Made by a program: the position numbers and the translations under genes. From the NCBI GenBank assembly GCA_018608435.1, contig JABAZV010000006.1, positions 31,692 to 95,691 on the forward strand: a DNA stretch of 64,000 nt. Direction: 5' to 3'. This document shows, piece by piece, positions 1-9,400 of the stretch. Within the stretch, counting starts at the first letter, position 1, and each line of letters begins with the position of its first letter. This DNA is from Patescibacteria group bacterium. GTDB taxonomy: Bacteria > Patescibacteriota > Minisyncoccia > Phycocordibacterales > UBA918. The notes under the pieces were generated by a model. It was not told the DNA's origin. It saw nothing but the letters and a program-made list of their open reading frames with translations, and searched no databases.

Positions 1-336
1 TAGATTGCCCTCTTCTATCAAGTCGAGTAAAGACAACCCCCTGTTCATATAACGTCTTGAAATTTTTACAACTAAACGCAGATTGTACTCAATCATTATT
101 TTGCGTGATTTTTCGCAGCCCGTCTGTGCTTTACGGGTATATGACTTCTCCTCGTCTGCTGTTAGAAGCTTGTAGGCATCTATTTCCTTTAAATAAATAG
201 TCAAAACATCTCTGTTTTGTAGTGAGTTTTTTATTTGGCTTGGTTTCAGTTCTTCCTCGCCAATTTCAACTTCTTCATTTGAAAGATCATCGTCGTCCGG
301 CTCAATTTCATCTTGTTCTTGAATATCGTTTTTCAT
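1..336 (-). CDS. Sigma-70 family RNA polymerase sigma factor, RpoS/RpoD-like (5' part only; runs off the window start)
   Basis: Not in the ORF track; translated by hand from ATG at 336, which follows an AGGAGG SD: MKNDIQEQDEIEPDDDDLSNEEVE...DVLTIYLKEIDAYKLLTADEEKSYTRKAQTGCEKSRKIMIEYNLRLVVKISRRYMNRGLSLLDLIEEGNL. This matches sigma regions 1.2 and 2.1-2.2. Confidence 0.9.
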   Translation of the reverse strand, partial: MKNDIQEQDEIEPDDDDLSNEEVEIGEEELKPSQIKNSLQNRDVLTIYLKEIDAYKLLTADEEKSYTRKAQTGCEKSRKIMIEYNLRLVVKISRRYMNRGLSLLDLIEEGNL

Positions 337-410
337 GATCCCTCCTGAGGGTATATGTGATAGATAATTAAAAACATATTTTTTATAGCACGTAGATGTT
401 CTATTTACAA

Positions 411-443
411 TTTAAAAGACGATCCAAAGGATCGTCTTTTAAA
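411..443. terminator. Intrinsic terminator (perfect inverted repeat) downstream of rluF
   Basis: tttaaaagacgatcc-aaa-ggatcgtcttttaaa. Confidence 0.75.
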
Positions 444-464
444 TGTTGTGCTTATAGTATTGTT

Positions 465-1184
465 CTACATACTTACTCCAATCGCTTGCAGAAAGGCAGT
501 TAGCTCCAATCCTTGGATTTTGCGGAATTGGTTTGGTTTTAGCTTGTCGAGTTCGATGTTTGTTACGCGCACACGCTTGAGTGTTTCGATTTGGTAGCCA
601 AGTGCTGCGCACATTCGCCTGATTTGGTGTTTCTTGCCTTCGGTAAGAATAATAGTAAAACGTTTGTCGTTTTTCGGGCTTCTGGTCGCTTTGGCTGCTT
701 TGGTGCGGTAGCCTTCAATATCAACGCCGTTTTCCATCGCGCGCATAAACATGCCGGAAACCTTCTTGTCTACGAGCACGTCGTATTCTTTTTCGTGATT
801 TGCTTCTGGGTCGAGCAGTGGGCCAGTGATTCGGCCGTCGTTAGAAAGTATAATAAGGCCTTCGGAGTCTTTGTCGAGACGGCCGACAGGCGACATGTCA
901 GTAATGCCGTAATCTTTTTTAAGTCTTCCTGCGATATCTATTTCATTTTCGCCTGGTGAATGAGTAATAACGCCGCGTCCTTTGTAGTATGCTAGGTAAG
1001 ATTTTACTTTTATTTTTCCGATTACTTCGACAGTGTCATCGACTTCGACTTTTTGCCCGAGCTCAGCTACTTTGCCGTTGATTGTAATTTTCTTTTTGCT
1101 TATGAGATCATCAACTTCGCGCCTCGAAGCAACCCCGTTTTTGGCGAGGTATTTATTGATCCGCATTGGGAATTCTTCATTCAT
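465..1184 (-). CDS. rluF: 23S rRNA pseudouridine synthase (RluF/RluB family, S4 domain)
   Basis: N-terminal S4 (RINKYLA...SRREVD), catalytic GRLDKDSEGL, HEKEY.V.VDK and EGKKHQIRRMC motifs. Confidence 0.85.
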   Translation of the reverse strand: MNEEFPMRINKYLAKNGVASRREVDDLISKKKITINGKVAELGQKVEVDDTVEVIGKIKVKSYLAYYKGRGVITHSPGENEIDIAGRLKKDYGITDMSPVGRLDKDSEGLIILSNDGRITGPLLDPEANHEKEYDVLVDKKVSGMFMRAMENGVDIEGYRTKAAKATRSPKNDKRFTIILTEGKKHQIRRMCAALGYQIETLKRVRVTNIELDKLKPNQFRKIQGLELTAFLQAIGVSM

Positions 1185-1193
1185 GCTTGTACA

Positions 1194-1709
1194 CTACTCT
1201 ATTGTAGAGGAATATGGAAGCATAATAGTGTCACTCACTAGCTTGGCGATGCTTTCGCGCGCGGAACGAGTGCGGTTGCTGCCAACATAATAGGGGAGTT
1301 CAGAAACTGTAATACGATAAAGGTCAGATTCTGTCGGTGCTGTATTTTCTATATCGGCAATAACATAAAGGGTGAAATCAGCTTGAGTGTAAGGAGCAAG
1401 CACATAATATGATCCTTCCACCGGTAAATCAGCCAATAGTAAGCCTGAAGTTTTGACAGAAATGTTGTCGGATGGAGTTTTGCTTTGAAGATTGTAGCCG
1501 ATTAAGTCGACATTGTCTTTGCTAGTAATACCAATCTTTGCACCAATCGGCAGCCGGGTTTCTTCAGCTCCAGTAGAGAAGTTTATGTTTACACTAAAGA
1601 GAGCGATCGTGTCGGTGGCGGCATAGCTTATACCTGAGCCAAGAGCATTAGCTGGTAAAACTCCAATACCTCCAACTAAAACAAATAAAGCGATTACGTA
1701 TGATTTCAT
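1194..1709 (-). CDS. Hypothetical secreted protein
   Basis: 171-aa ORF with signal peptide (MKSYVIALFVLVGGIGVLPANA); TAAAAT -10 box 7 nt before the ATG. Confidence 0.7.
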   Translation of the reverse strand: MKSYVIALFVLVGGIGVLPANALGSGISYAATDTIALFSVNINFSTGAEETRLPIGAKIGITSKDNVDLIGYNLQSKTPSDNISVKTSGLLLADLPVEGSYYVLAPYTQADFTLYVIADIENTAPTESDLYRITVSELPYYVGSNRTRSARESIAKLVSDTIMLPYSSTIE

Positions 1710-1850
1710 GTGTAGTATTTTACTATATATATGAAGTGTCGCAAATTTACAGAGTGCTACAATCGTGCAGTGTAAGTAAAATGACTATTTTATAACCTGA
1801 GAAAGATTTATCGGTGTTGACTTAACTTGTTAATTCTGGGGAAAGGTTGG

Positions 1851-1897
1851 TGTATCTGTGCGAGTGACAGCCTGCGGCTGTCACTCGCACAGATACA
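1851..1897. repeat. Perfect 22-bp inverted repeat with 3-nt loop in a divergent intergenic region
   Basis: tgtatctgtgcgagtgacagcc-tgc-ggctgtcactcgcacagataca. Confidence 0.9.
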
Positions 1898-2088
1898 TTT
1901 CACACATCCAGTTCTCCACACTATACACAGCTTGCGTTTTCGAAAAAAAGTAGTATAGTCTGAACAACACGTCAAACCCCATAAGTAGTTGTTGCCGTGG
2001 GATCATTCAATCTAGTTCTTACTTCAAGTCTGTACGATACTTAATACAGATGTTTTACCTTATTCAGATCACTTTAATACCTTTATTT

Positions 2089-4038
2089 ATGAACGCTTTT
2101 TATTCTCTTAAAACTAATGCCTCAGCGCGCGCGCTAGCATTTTTAACCGTACTTTCGTTGCTTGTAAGCAGCTTGCCGTTGGCTGTTTTTACAGCAAATG
2201 CAGCGAGTGATGCTGTTGGTACGCTTACAGCTTTTGTGCTCCCAAACCCTTCAGATGGTGCTGGTGAGTACGTAGATCTTCAGTTTGTTGGTACAGGCAC
2301 GCTTGAACTAGCTGGCTGGACTATTTTTGACGCCAACAGGTTGCTTAATGACAATCCTCTATATACTTTTACAGAAACAGACATTCTTACTAATGGTGAT
2401 GAGCTGCGTCTGTGTGGCAATATGGCACTAGTGACTAACTGCGATATTGTTTATCCTGGCGGGAATACCGTTTGGAACAATACAACCGACACGCTCACGC
2501 TTAAGGATGAAGCAGGAGTAACAGTCCTAGAGTTTGATTGGACAGATCCTTTTGTTGAAGGTCTTGAAAATGGAGATACACCTGTTGATTTTTCTGCTGA
2601 AGAAGAAGAAGAAGATGAAGACGAAGCTGATACAAGTACATCTACCGAGCCGACAGGTTCTATCACGGTTGATCCCACAGTGCTAGAAACTACTATTTCA
2701 ACGCAAGTAAACTTCGTTGTTTCAGCGGAGTATGAAAACCTCTCATCTACACAAATCGTAGTGTCTGATGATTCTACTACTGGTTTGTTCTTCGGAGGCA
2801 ACACTGCGGGTGAATGTAATTCAGCTACTGTTGTTGAAGATAATACTTTTATTATTACTAACAACAAAGGTATTTGCTACTCAAACAGTGTTGCTGGCGA
2901 TTACGAAATCACTGCACAGCTAGTTGGTGGAGCAAGTAGTACTCCGGTAGGTGAAGCGGTTGTTATTGAGGTTTCTGTTCTTGCAGGTCAAGATGAAACA
3001 GGAACTACAACTGACGAAGGCACAGGAACTACAACTGACGACGGCACCGGAACAACTACTGACAACGGTTCAGGCACTACAACAGACAACGGAACAGGCA
3101 CGACTACAGACGATGGTGCTGGAGGCGGAGACGATGATGAAACAGGTGCGGGATCAGGTGGAGGTGGTGGTAGTGCAGAAACAGCTGGTGAATGTGAAAT
3201 TGAAGCTCATAAATACGACAGTGAAGGAAATCCTCTTTCAGGCTGGATGCTTGGTCTTATGAAGGTTATTTACAACGATGAATTCACAAATACATACTCT
3301 CTAGCTGAACAAGAAACTGGTGCTGATGGTTACGTATGTCTTGAATGGGATGGTGAAACTCGTTCTCCATTAAGCGTGGAAGGTGAAATTACTGGTAATG
3401 ACTACAATTTTGACTACTACGTATATGAGACATTGCAAGACGGATGGACAAATTGGTCAATCGAAGCTGGAGCAGACTTCAACAATCTTGTTGTAGTACC
3501 AGACGAAGATGTTCGTAGCGATGGTTTTACAGCCAGCGTACAGATTGGTGAGACTAATGGTTTCCTTATTAAAGGCGCAGCTTTCCATGTTGATTTCTAC
3601 AACCTTCTTCTAAACGGCGTAGAAACAGGAACATCAACTGACGATGGAACTGGAACAACTACAGACGACGGTACTAGTACTACGACTGATGATGGTACAG
3701 ACACAACTGTAAACGAAGTACCGCGTGGCGGTGGAGGTTCACTAGCTTCACCAGCTAACAGGGGTGGAAGTAGTGGAGGCTCAAGCTCTTCTGATGATGA
3801 GCTTGAAGAAGCTGGTGCGGCACCGCTTGTGGTGGGAACTACAAACAATGACAATGGTTCTGGTGACGGAAATACTCCAGCAGCACAAGTGCTTGGTGAT
3901 CAGGTAAGTGTTGTGCCATTTGGTGGTGCTGATACTGGTGCTGGCGGGAGTGCTCCACAGGCAGCTTCATTATGGGCTTCTCTACTGCTTGCGGTTTTGG
4001 CAGCTGGACTACGTTTTACACGACGCTTTGTAGCTTAG
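2089..4038 (+). CDS. Acidic surface protein: lamin-tail-like domain, Ig-like domains, GTGTTTDD repeats, class F sortase-type sorting signal
   Basis: Signal peptide ending ANA; LTD-like LPNPSD..GEYVDL...LAGWTI...VWNNTTDTLTLKD; C-terminal VPFGGADTGAGG + hydrophobic helix + RFTRR; lies directly upstream of a sortase. Start at 2089 preferred over 2050. Confidence 0.75.
   Translation: MNAFYSLKTNASARALAFLTVLSLLVSSLPLAVFTANAASDAVGTLTAFVLPNPSDGAGEYVDLQFVGTGTLELAGWTIFDANRLLNDNPLYTFTETDILTNGDELRLCGNMALVTNCDIVYPGGNTVWNNTTDTLTLKDEAGVTVLEFDWTDPFVEGLENGDTPVDFSAEEEEEDEDEADTSTSTEPTGSITVDPTVLETTISTQVNFVVSAEYENLSSTQIVVSDDSTTGLFFGGNTAGECNSATVVEDNTFIITNNKGICYSNSVAGDYEITAQLVGGASSTPVGEAVVIEVSVLAGQDETGTTTDEGTGTTTDDGTGTTTDNGSGTTTDNGTGTTTDDGAGGGDDDETGAGSGGGGGSAETAGECEIEAHKYDSEGNPLSGWMLGLMKVIYNDEFTNTYSLAEQETGADGYVCLEWDGETRSPLSVEGEITGNDYNFDYYVYETLQDGWTNWSIEAGADFNNLVVVPDEDVRSDGFTASVQIGETNGFLIKGAAFHVDFYNLLLNGVETGTSTDDGTGTTTDDGTSTTTDDGTDTTVNEVPRGGGGSLASPANRGGSSGGSSSSDDELEEAGAAPLVVGTTNNDNGSGDGNTPAAQVLGDQVSVVPFGGADTGAGGSAPQAASLWASLLLAVLAAGLRFTRRFVA
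2992..3117 (+). repeat. Degenerate 24-nt tandem repeat encoding (GTGTTTD[DNE])n; a second block lies at ~3628-3705
   Basis: ggcacaggaactacaactgacgac / ggcaccggaacaactactgacaac / ggttcaggcactacaacagacaac / ggaacaggcacgactacagacgat. Confidence 0.85.
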
Positions 4039-4069
4039 GCTGTGTGATTAAGTAAATTGTATTTTGCTT

Positions 4070-4666
4070 ATGAATATTAACAAAAATCACCTCGAAATTG
4101 GGGTGATTTTTGTTTTTATGGCCGTACTAGTATTTGTTCCTAAGGGTGATCTTACGTCAGTCGAAAGAACAGAAGTAGAGGCGTTAGAAAGTGATTTTAT
4201 AGTTCAGGTTGCACAAAACCAATCTCTGCCTAAAACTCTGAGAATTCCAAAACTTAACATAGAAACTTCGTTTGGCTCAACTTTGGGTTTAACAGACAGT
4301 GGGGAAGTAGCTGTGCCTGATAATTTCTCCAATGTCGGTTTGTATGAATATGGTCCTCGTCCAGGGGAGCTTGGTCCGGCGGTTGTGCTTGGTCATGTTG
4401 ATTCTTATGAGGGTCCAGCAGTTTTTTATTCAATTGGTCAACTTGACCTCGACGATAAGATAGAAATTGAAACTGAAGATGGCACAAAACTAACCTTTAT
4501 TGTAACTGATTCTGTAAAATATTTACAAGATGATTTTCCGACGGAGCTGGTTTATGGAGACCTCGATCATGCTGGTTTACGGCTCGTGACATGCTCTGGA
4601 ACGTACAATAGAGACAAGAATCGCTACACACATAATCGTGTGATTTACGCAAGATTAGAAGGTTGA
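4070..4666 (+). CDS. Class F sortase
   Basis: LRIPKLNI, GPRPGELGPAVVLGHVD (catalytic His), LRLVTCSG (Cys) and YTHNRVIYA (Arg), with an N-terminal TM; exact start uncertain. Confidence 0.9.
   Translation: MNINKNHLEIGVIFVFMAVLVFVPKGDLTSVERTEVEALESDFIVQVAQNQSLPKTLRIPKLNIETSFGSTLGLTDSGEVAVPDNFSNVGLYEYGPRPGELGPAVVLGHVDSYEGPAVFYSIGQLDLDDKIEIETEDGTKLTFIVTDSVKYLQDDFPTELVYGDLDHAGLRLVTCSGTYNRDKNRYTHNRVIYARLEG
4079..4117 (+). terminator. Terminator-like hairpin with U-tract overlapping the 5' end of the sortase ORF
   Basis: aacaaaaatcacctc-gaaatt-ggggtgatttttgttttt. Confidence 0.55.
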
Positions 4667-4870
4667 ATAGTGAAATATTACGCTCGATATTGATTATATC
4701 GTTAATAAAGGCCATATATTTTGCTATTGACAAAAAACACTTTTCGGTATACAAATATACACATACCAGAAGTTCTCCAAATTTGTCGCATGATTTTTGT
4801 CTTCACTGGGTGACCAGTGAAGGTTTAACGTGTGCTCAGGTGAGAATGACGTAGAGCAATTTATAAAAGT

Positions 4871-5905
4871 ATGACAATCACAATTTTAATACCATGTCAC
4901 AATGAAGAGCTCGGCATCGCCGCAACTGTTCAGTCGTGTTTAAACCAAACACGCAAGCCAGATCAAATTCTGGTTGTAAATGATGGCAGTACTGATCGTA
5001 GTGGCGAAATTCTCAAAAGCTTTGGTGATCAAATTCAAGTTTTGCATTTGCCCAAAGCAACTGGAAACAAAAGTCACGCCCAAGAGCTTGGACTTAAATT
5101 TGTAACTACAGATGTGTTTATTGCAACAGACGGCGACACGCAATTGGATGAGCGATTTGTCGAATACGTTGAAGAGGATCTCGAAAACAATCCTGAACTC
5201 ACAGCACTTGGTGGTTACGTGCGTAGCCAGCGTCACAACTGGCTTACCGCCTGTCGTGCCTTTGAATACAGTGTAGGACAAAACCTACACAAGCTTGCAC
5301 AACATCATCTTGGTTTTCTGTTTGTGATCCCTGGAGCGGCTGGAGTTTTCAAAACTGATCACTTCCGTAAATACATTTCTTTTGAACATGATACTTTGAC
5401 TGAAGACCTCGACTTCACCTACCGTCTGCACTCACTTGATCTTAAAATTATGTATGACCGTCGTTTGGTTGTATTGACACAAGATCCTGCCACACTGCAC
5501 TCATACATCAACCAAATGCGTCGATGGTTTGGCGGCGGTTGGCAGACTCTGATGAAGCATCACCGATTGGCTTTTAAAAAACCAAAAATTGCGCTGGAGT
5601 TGTCGATTATGTATGCAGAAGGAATTGTGTTTTCAATTTTGGTATTTTTGTTACCATTCTTGAGTCTTGAATTCTACAAGAACTTTATCTTGTCGTACTT
5701 TGCATTAGCGATCGCATTTGCTATCTTTGCTGCTTGGAAAGAGCGACGAATTGAAATGTTGTTGGTTCCGATTCCTTACGTATTGTTAGTATTAATCAAC
5801 TCGTATATATTCTTGGAGCAATTTGTTAAGGAGGTGGTTTTGCGTCGCAAGAACCTTACTTGGTTCCATCCAGAACGATTTAATAATAGTGAGAAATTAA
5901 GTTAA
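4871..5905 (+). CDS. Processive GT2 glycosyltransferase (IcaA/PgaC/CESA-like)
   Basis: IPCHNEE, VNDGSTD, DGD, TED and QMRRW (D,D,D,QxxRW signature); C-terminal TM helices. Confidence 0.9.
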   Translation: MTITILIPCHNEELGIAATVQSCLNQTRKPDQILVVNDGSTDRSGEILKSFGDQIQVLHLPKATGNKSHAQELGLKFVTTDVFIATDGDTQLDERFVEYVEEDLENNPELTALGGYVRSQRHNWLTACRAFEYSVGQNLHKLAQHHLGFLFVIPGAAGVFKTDHFRKYISFEHDTLTEDLDFTYRLHSLDLKIMYDRRLVVLTQDPATLHSYINQMRRWFGGGWQTLMKHHRLAFKKPKIALELSIMYAEGIVFSILVFLLPFLSLEFYKNFILSYFALAIAFAIFAAWKERRIEMLLVPIPYVLLVLINSYIFLEQFVKEVVLRRKNLTWFHPERFNNSEKLS

Positions 5906-5910
5906 TTAGT

Positions 5911-6339
5911 ATGTTTTTTCAACTCGCAGGCCTGTCTCTAATAGTGCATCTTTTGATCATTTCCATGGCAGCTATATTCAATTTTGTAAGAGGAAGAAAA
6001 ATTTCATCAGCTTTTGACACGAAGAAAAAAGAGCATGGTCCCTCGTCTAAATTTGTAAGCATGCTGGTGTCTGGGTCAATTCTGACATTTGTATTCGTTT
6101 ACATGTTCTCACTGATGACCCTTGCTATATCAACTGGAGTTAAGGTTGGTGCTGATGAGCCGCAGGTTATCTTCATGAAAGAGCTATTTGGCACAGTCCT
6201 TGGTTGGATGATTGCTACTTTAACTCACCCTGTAGGAGTACTTAGTTTGCTTGTATTGGTTAGCGTTGTTATCGAGCTAAGTACACTACGTTACCGCCGA
6301 CAGTACAGTCGAGCGATGAGTAGCTCGATGGGAAGCTAG
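5911..6339 (+). CDS. Small multi-TM membrane protein, in operon with GT2
   Basis: 3-4 hydrophobic segments; starts 5 nt after the GT2 stop. Confidence 0.7.
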   Translation: MFFQLAGLSLIVHLLIISMAAIFNFVRGRKISSAFDTKKKEHGPSSKFVSMLVSGSILTFVFVYMFSLMTLAISTGVKVGADEPQVIFMKELFGTVLGWMIATLTHPVGVLSLLVLVSVVIELSTLRYRRQYSRAMSSSMGS

Positions 6340-6408
6340 TATTAAAAATGAAGTCACTAGAATTTAGAAAATTATCAATCATTTCAGTCAGTCAATAATT
6401 ATCGTCTT

Positions 6409-9400
6409 ATGAAAACTCCATTCAATCAAACTCGTAGTAATGTTCTTGTCGCCTTAGTAATGCTAGGTGCAGCATTGACATTCTTTGCACCGCAGTCAGC
6501 TTTGGCGCAAATTCCAGATGTCGTAATAAACGAGTCGGGGTTTGAGAATGAAGTGATTGCTGGTGGATTGAGTTTACCTACTGCGATGGCCTTCACTCCA
6601 GACGGGCGTATTTTTGTGACTGAAAAGAGTGGAGTTGTTCAGGTGATCAAGAATGGTGTTGTTCTAGCAGCTCCTCTTATTTCGCTTACAGATGTGAACA
6701 CTTTCGGCGACCGTGGTTTGCTTGGAATTGAGACTGATCCAAACTTTGCTTCAAACGGTTACGTGTATTTGTTATATACATATGAAAACTCACCAGGGAT
6801 AAACATCTCTGGTGCTAAGACTGCGCGAATCGTGCGAATCACTGTTACTGGCGACACTGCTAGTGAGTCTAGCAAAGTTGTTTTGGTTGGAGCTGTTGGC
6901 GGAAATGTTACTTCACCTTCGTGTGAGGATTTTGCTGTAACTGCAGACTGTATTGCGTCTGACTCAAACAGCCACAGTGCTGGCGGTTTGCGTTTTGGTC
7001 CTGACGGCAAGCTTTACGCCACAACTGGCGACGGAGCAGACTTTGCAGCGGTAGACAGCCGCGCACTGCGTGCCCAAGACATTGATTCGTTGGCTGGAAA
7101 AGTGCTTCGTATTAATACTGACGGAACTGCTCCAGCAGACAACCCGTTTTATGATGGTGATCCTGACTCAAACCGATCTAAAGTTTATGCTTTTGGTTTT
7201 CGTAACCAATTCCGCTTCAATTTTAATACCGAAACAGGCAAGCTTTATGGAGGTGATGTAGGATGGAGCTCATGGGAAGAAATCAACGAAGTAGTAGCTG
7301 GCGCCAACTACGGCTGGCCTTGTCGTGAGGGAGATTTTGCACAGGCTGAATATGCTTGTGATCCGTCAACTGTAGCTTCGGATCCTGTTTATGCTTACGC
7401 GCATGACGCAACTGGCGCAGGTTCAATCACAGCTGGCTCATTTTTCGAGAACAATGTATACCCGGCTGAGTATTCTACTAGCATGTTTATTGGTGACTAC
7501 GCGCAGCAATGGATGAAGCGACTAGTACTCGACACAAACGGAAATGTGGTTGAAGTAGTTGATTTTGTGCCCAATATGATTTGGCCGGTTGAGATTACAA
7601 CTGGCGCTGATGGAAATGTTTATTACATCGATATCGCACGAGGATCTGTAAACCGTATTACTCACACAGAAGGAAACCGTAGTCCGGTTGTAAACATTAC
7701 TGCTACGCCAACTTCTGGTCTATCGCCACTTCAAGTAGAGTTTTCAAGTGCTGGAACTCAGGATCTTGATGGTGATACACTTTCTTATTTCTGGACATTT
7801 GGAGACGGTGCGACGGCAGCCACTACAAGTCCTGTTCATACTTATACAACAAATGGACTTTACACAGCTTCGCTCCAAGTAACTGATTCTAATGGCGCTA
7901 CGGTATCAAAAAGTATTGATATTACGGTTGGTAATCAATCTCCAGCGGCTGAGATTACTAGTCCCGTTAGTGGTTCGTTCTATGAAGCTGGTCAAACATT
8001 GTCTGTTTATGGTCTTGGTACCGATCCTGAAGACGGAGCTATTCCAGCTGAAAACATTTCTTGGGAAGTAATACTTCATCATAATGTTCACACTCATACG
8101 TTATCGACGGCTGCAGGAGTGGATACAATTGAATTTCAAGCTGATGGTCATGACGATCCTGATGTTTACATTCGAGTCGTAATGCGAGTAACAGACAGCA
8201 ACGGTTTGGTTGGTGAGGACAGTATCAACATGTATCTCGACAACGGTTCAGGTATTGCTGGAAACTTGATTTCAAATCCTTCACTTGAAGAAGCTGATCC
8301 AGCTTTTGCTATTCAACCGCTTGATTGGATTCCGGGATGGTATGGAAACATGAACCCTGTATTTGAATATCCAGTTAACGGACTTTCTGGCGAAAAGGCT
8401 GCGCGAGTAACAGTTACTGATTATGTCTCAGGAGCAGCGAGATGGTATTTCTCTCCAGCCTTTGTGCAAGTGGGTACTGACTACAGATTTAGTAATGTTT
8501 ACATTGCAGATACAACTACCACTTTTACTGCTCAGTACGGTCGTTCAGATGGAACATACTTTTACGAAGTACTCAAAGTGCTTCCCGCTGTGTCTGATCC
8601 TACTAGTGCTGAGGTGACTTTCACTGTGCCAGAAGGAGTTCAGACAATGACTATTTTTCACGATCTATTTGCTAACGGTACTTTGACTGTGGATGAGTAT
8701 TCGTTGGTAGAAGTTTCTGGCGATACAAACCCACCGACTGGTTTCTTTACTAACATCGTGCCTGGTGATGTTGTTTCAGGAACCGTTTTGCTTGACGTGA
8801 CTGCAGCTGATGCTGAAGGTGATGTAACAATGGTGCATCTTTACGTGGACGGAGCAAAAGTTGAAGGAATAGAAGATACTACCGCACCATTTCAGCTTTT
8901 GTGGGACACGACTGCATTTGCAGACGGTGGGCACACAATCCAAGTTCATACACACGACGAAGTAGATAATGCTGGTTTGTCTGACCCAATCGCTATTACT
9001 ATTGATAATAGTTCTACTTCGACAAATCCAAATCTAGTATTTAATGGTGACTTTGAGATTGTTGGAGATGATGGTTTACCAGCCGGTTGGATACAGGGCG
9101 GTTGGGGTACAAACGAACGCGTTTACACTTACCCAAGCAATGGTCGCGATGGAGGAAGAGCAGCGGCTGTGTCTATTAATAAGTATGATCTGAGTGACGA
9201 CGGTGACGCTAAGTGGGTATTTTCAGATATTCCGGTTATTGTTGGTACAGAATACACATACAGAAATTATTACTATTCTGACACGATCTCAGACATAATT
9301 GGTCGCTACACTTACGCTGACGGCAGTATTTCTTACTTTGGTTTGATTAAGGAAATTGCACCTGTGGCTGATTGGACGCCGCTTGAAGCTACCTTTACAC

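Noticed and set aside
1830-1930. Replication origin, suggested by DnaA-box-like words
   Set aside because: The matches are only degenerate, similar words occur in other intergenic regions (e.g. ttatcaaca ~20787, tgtgggtaa ~26440), and no dnaA/dnaN is nearby.
2992-3705. 24-nt tandem repeats as a possible CRISPR array
   Set aside because: They are in-frame coding repeats with synonymous variation, have no unique spacers, and no cas genes are present.
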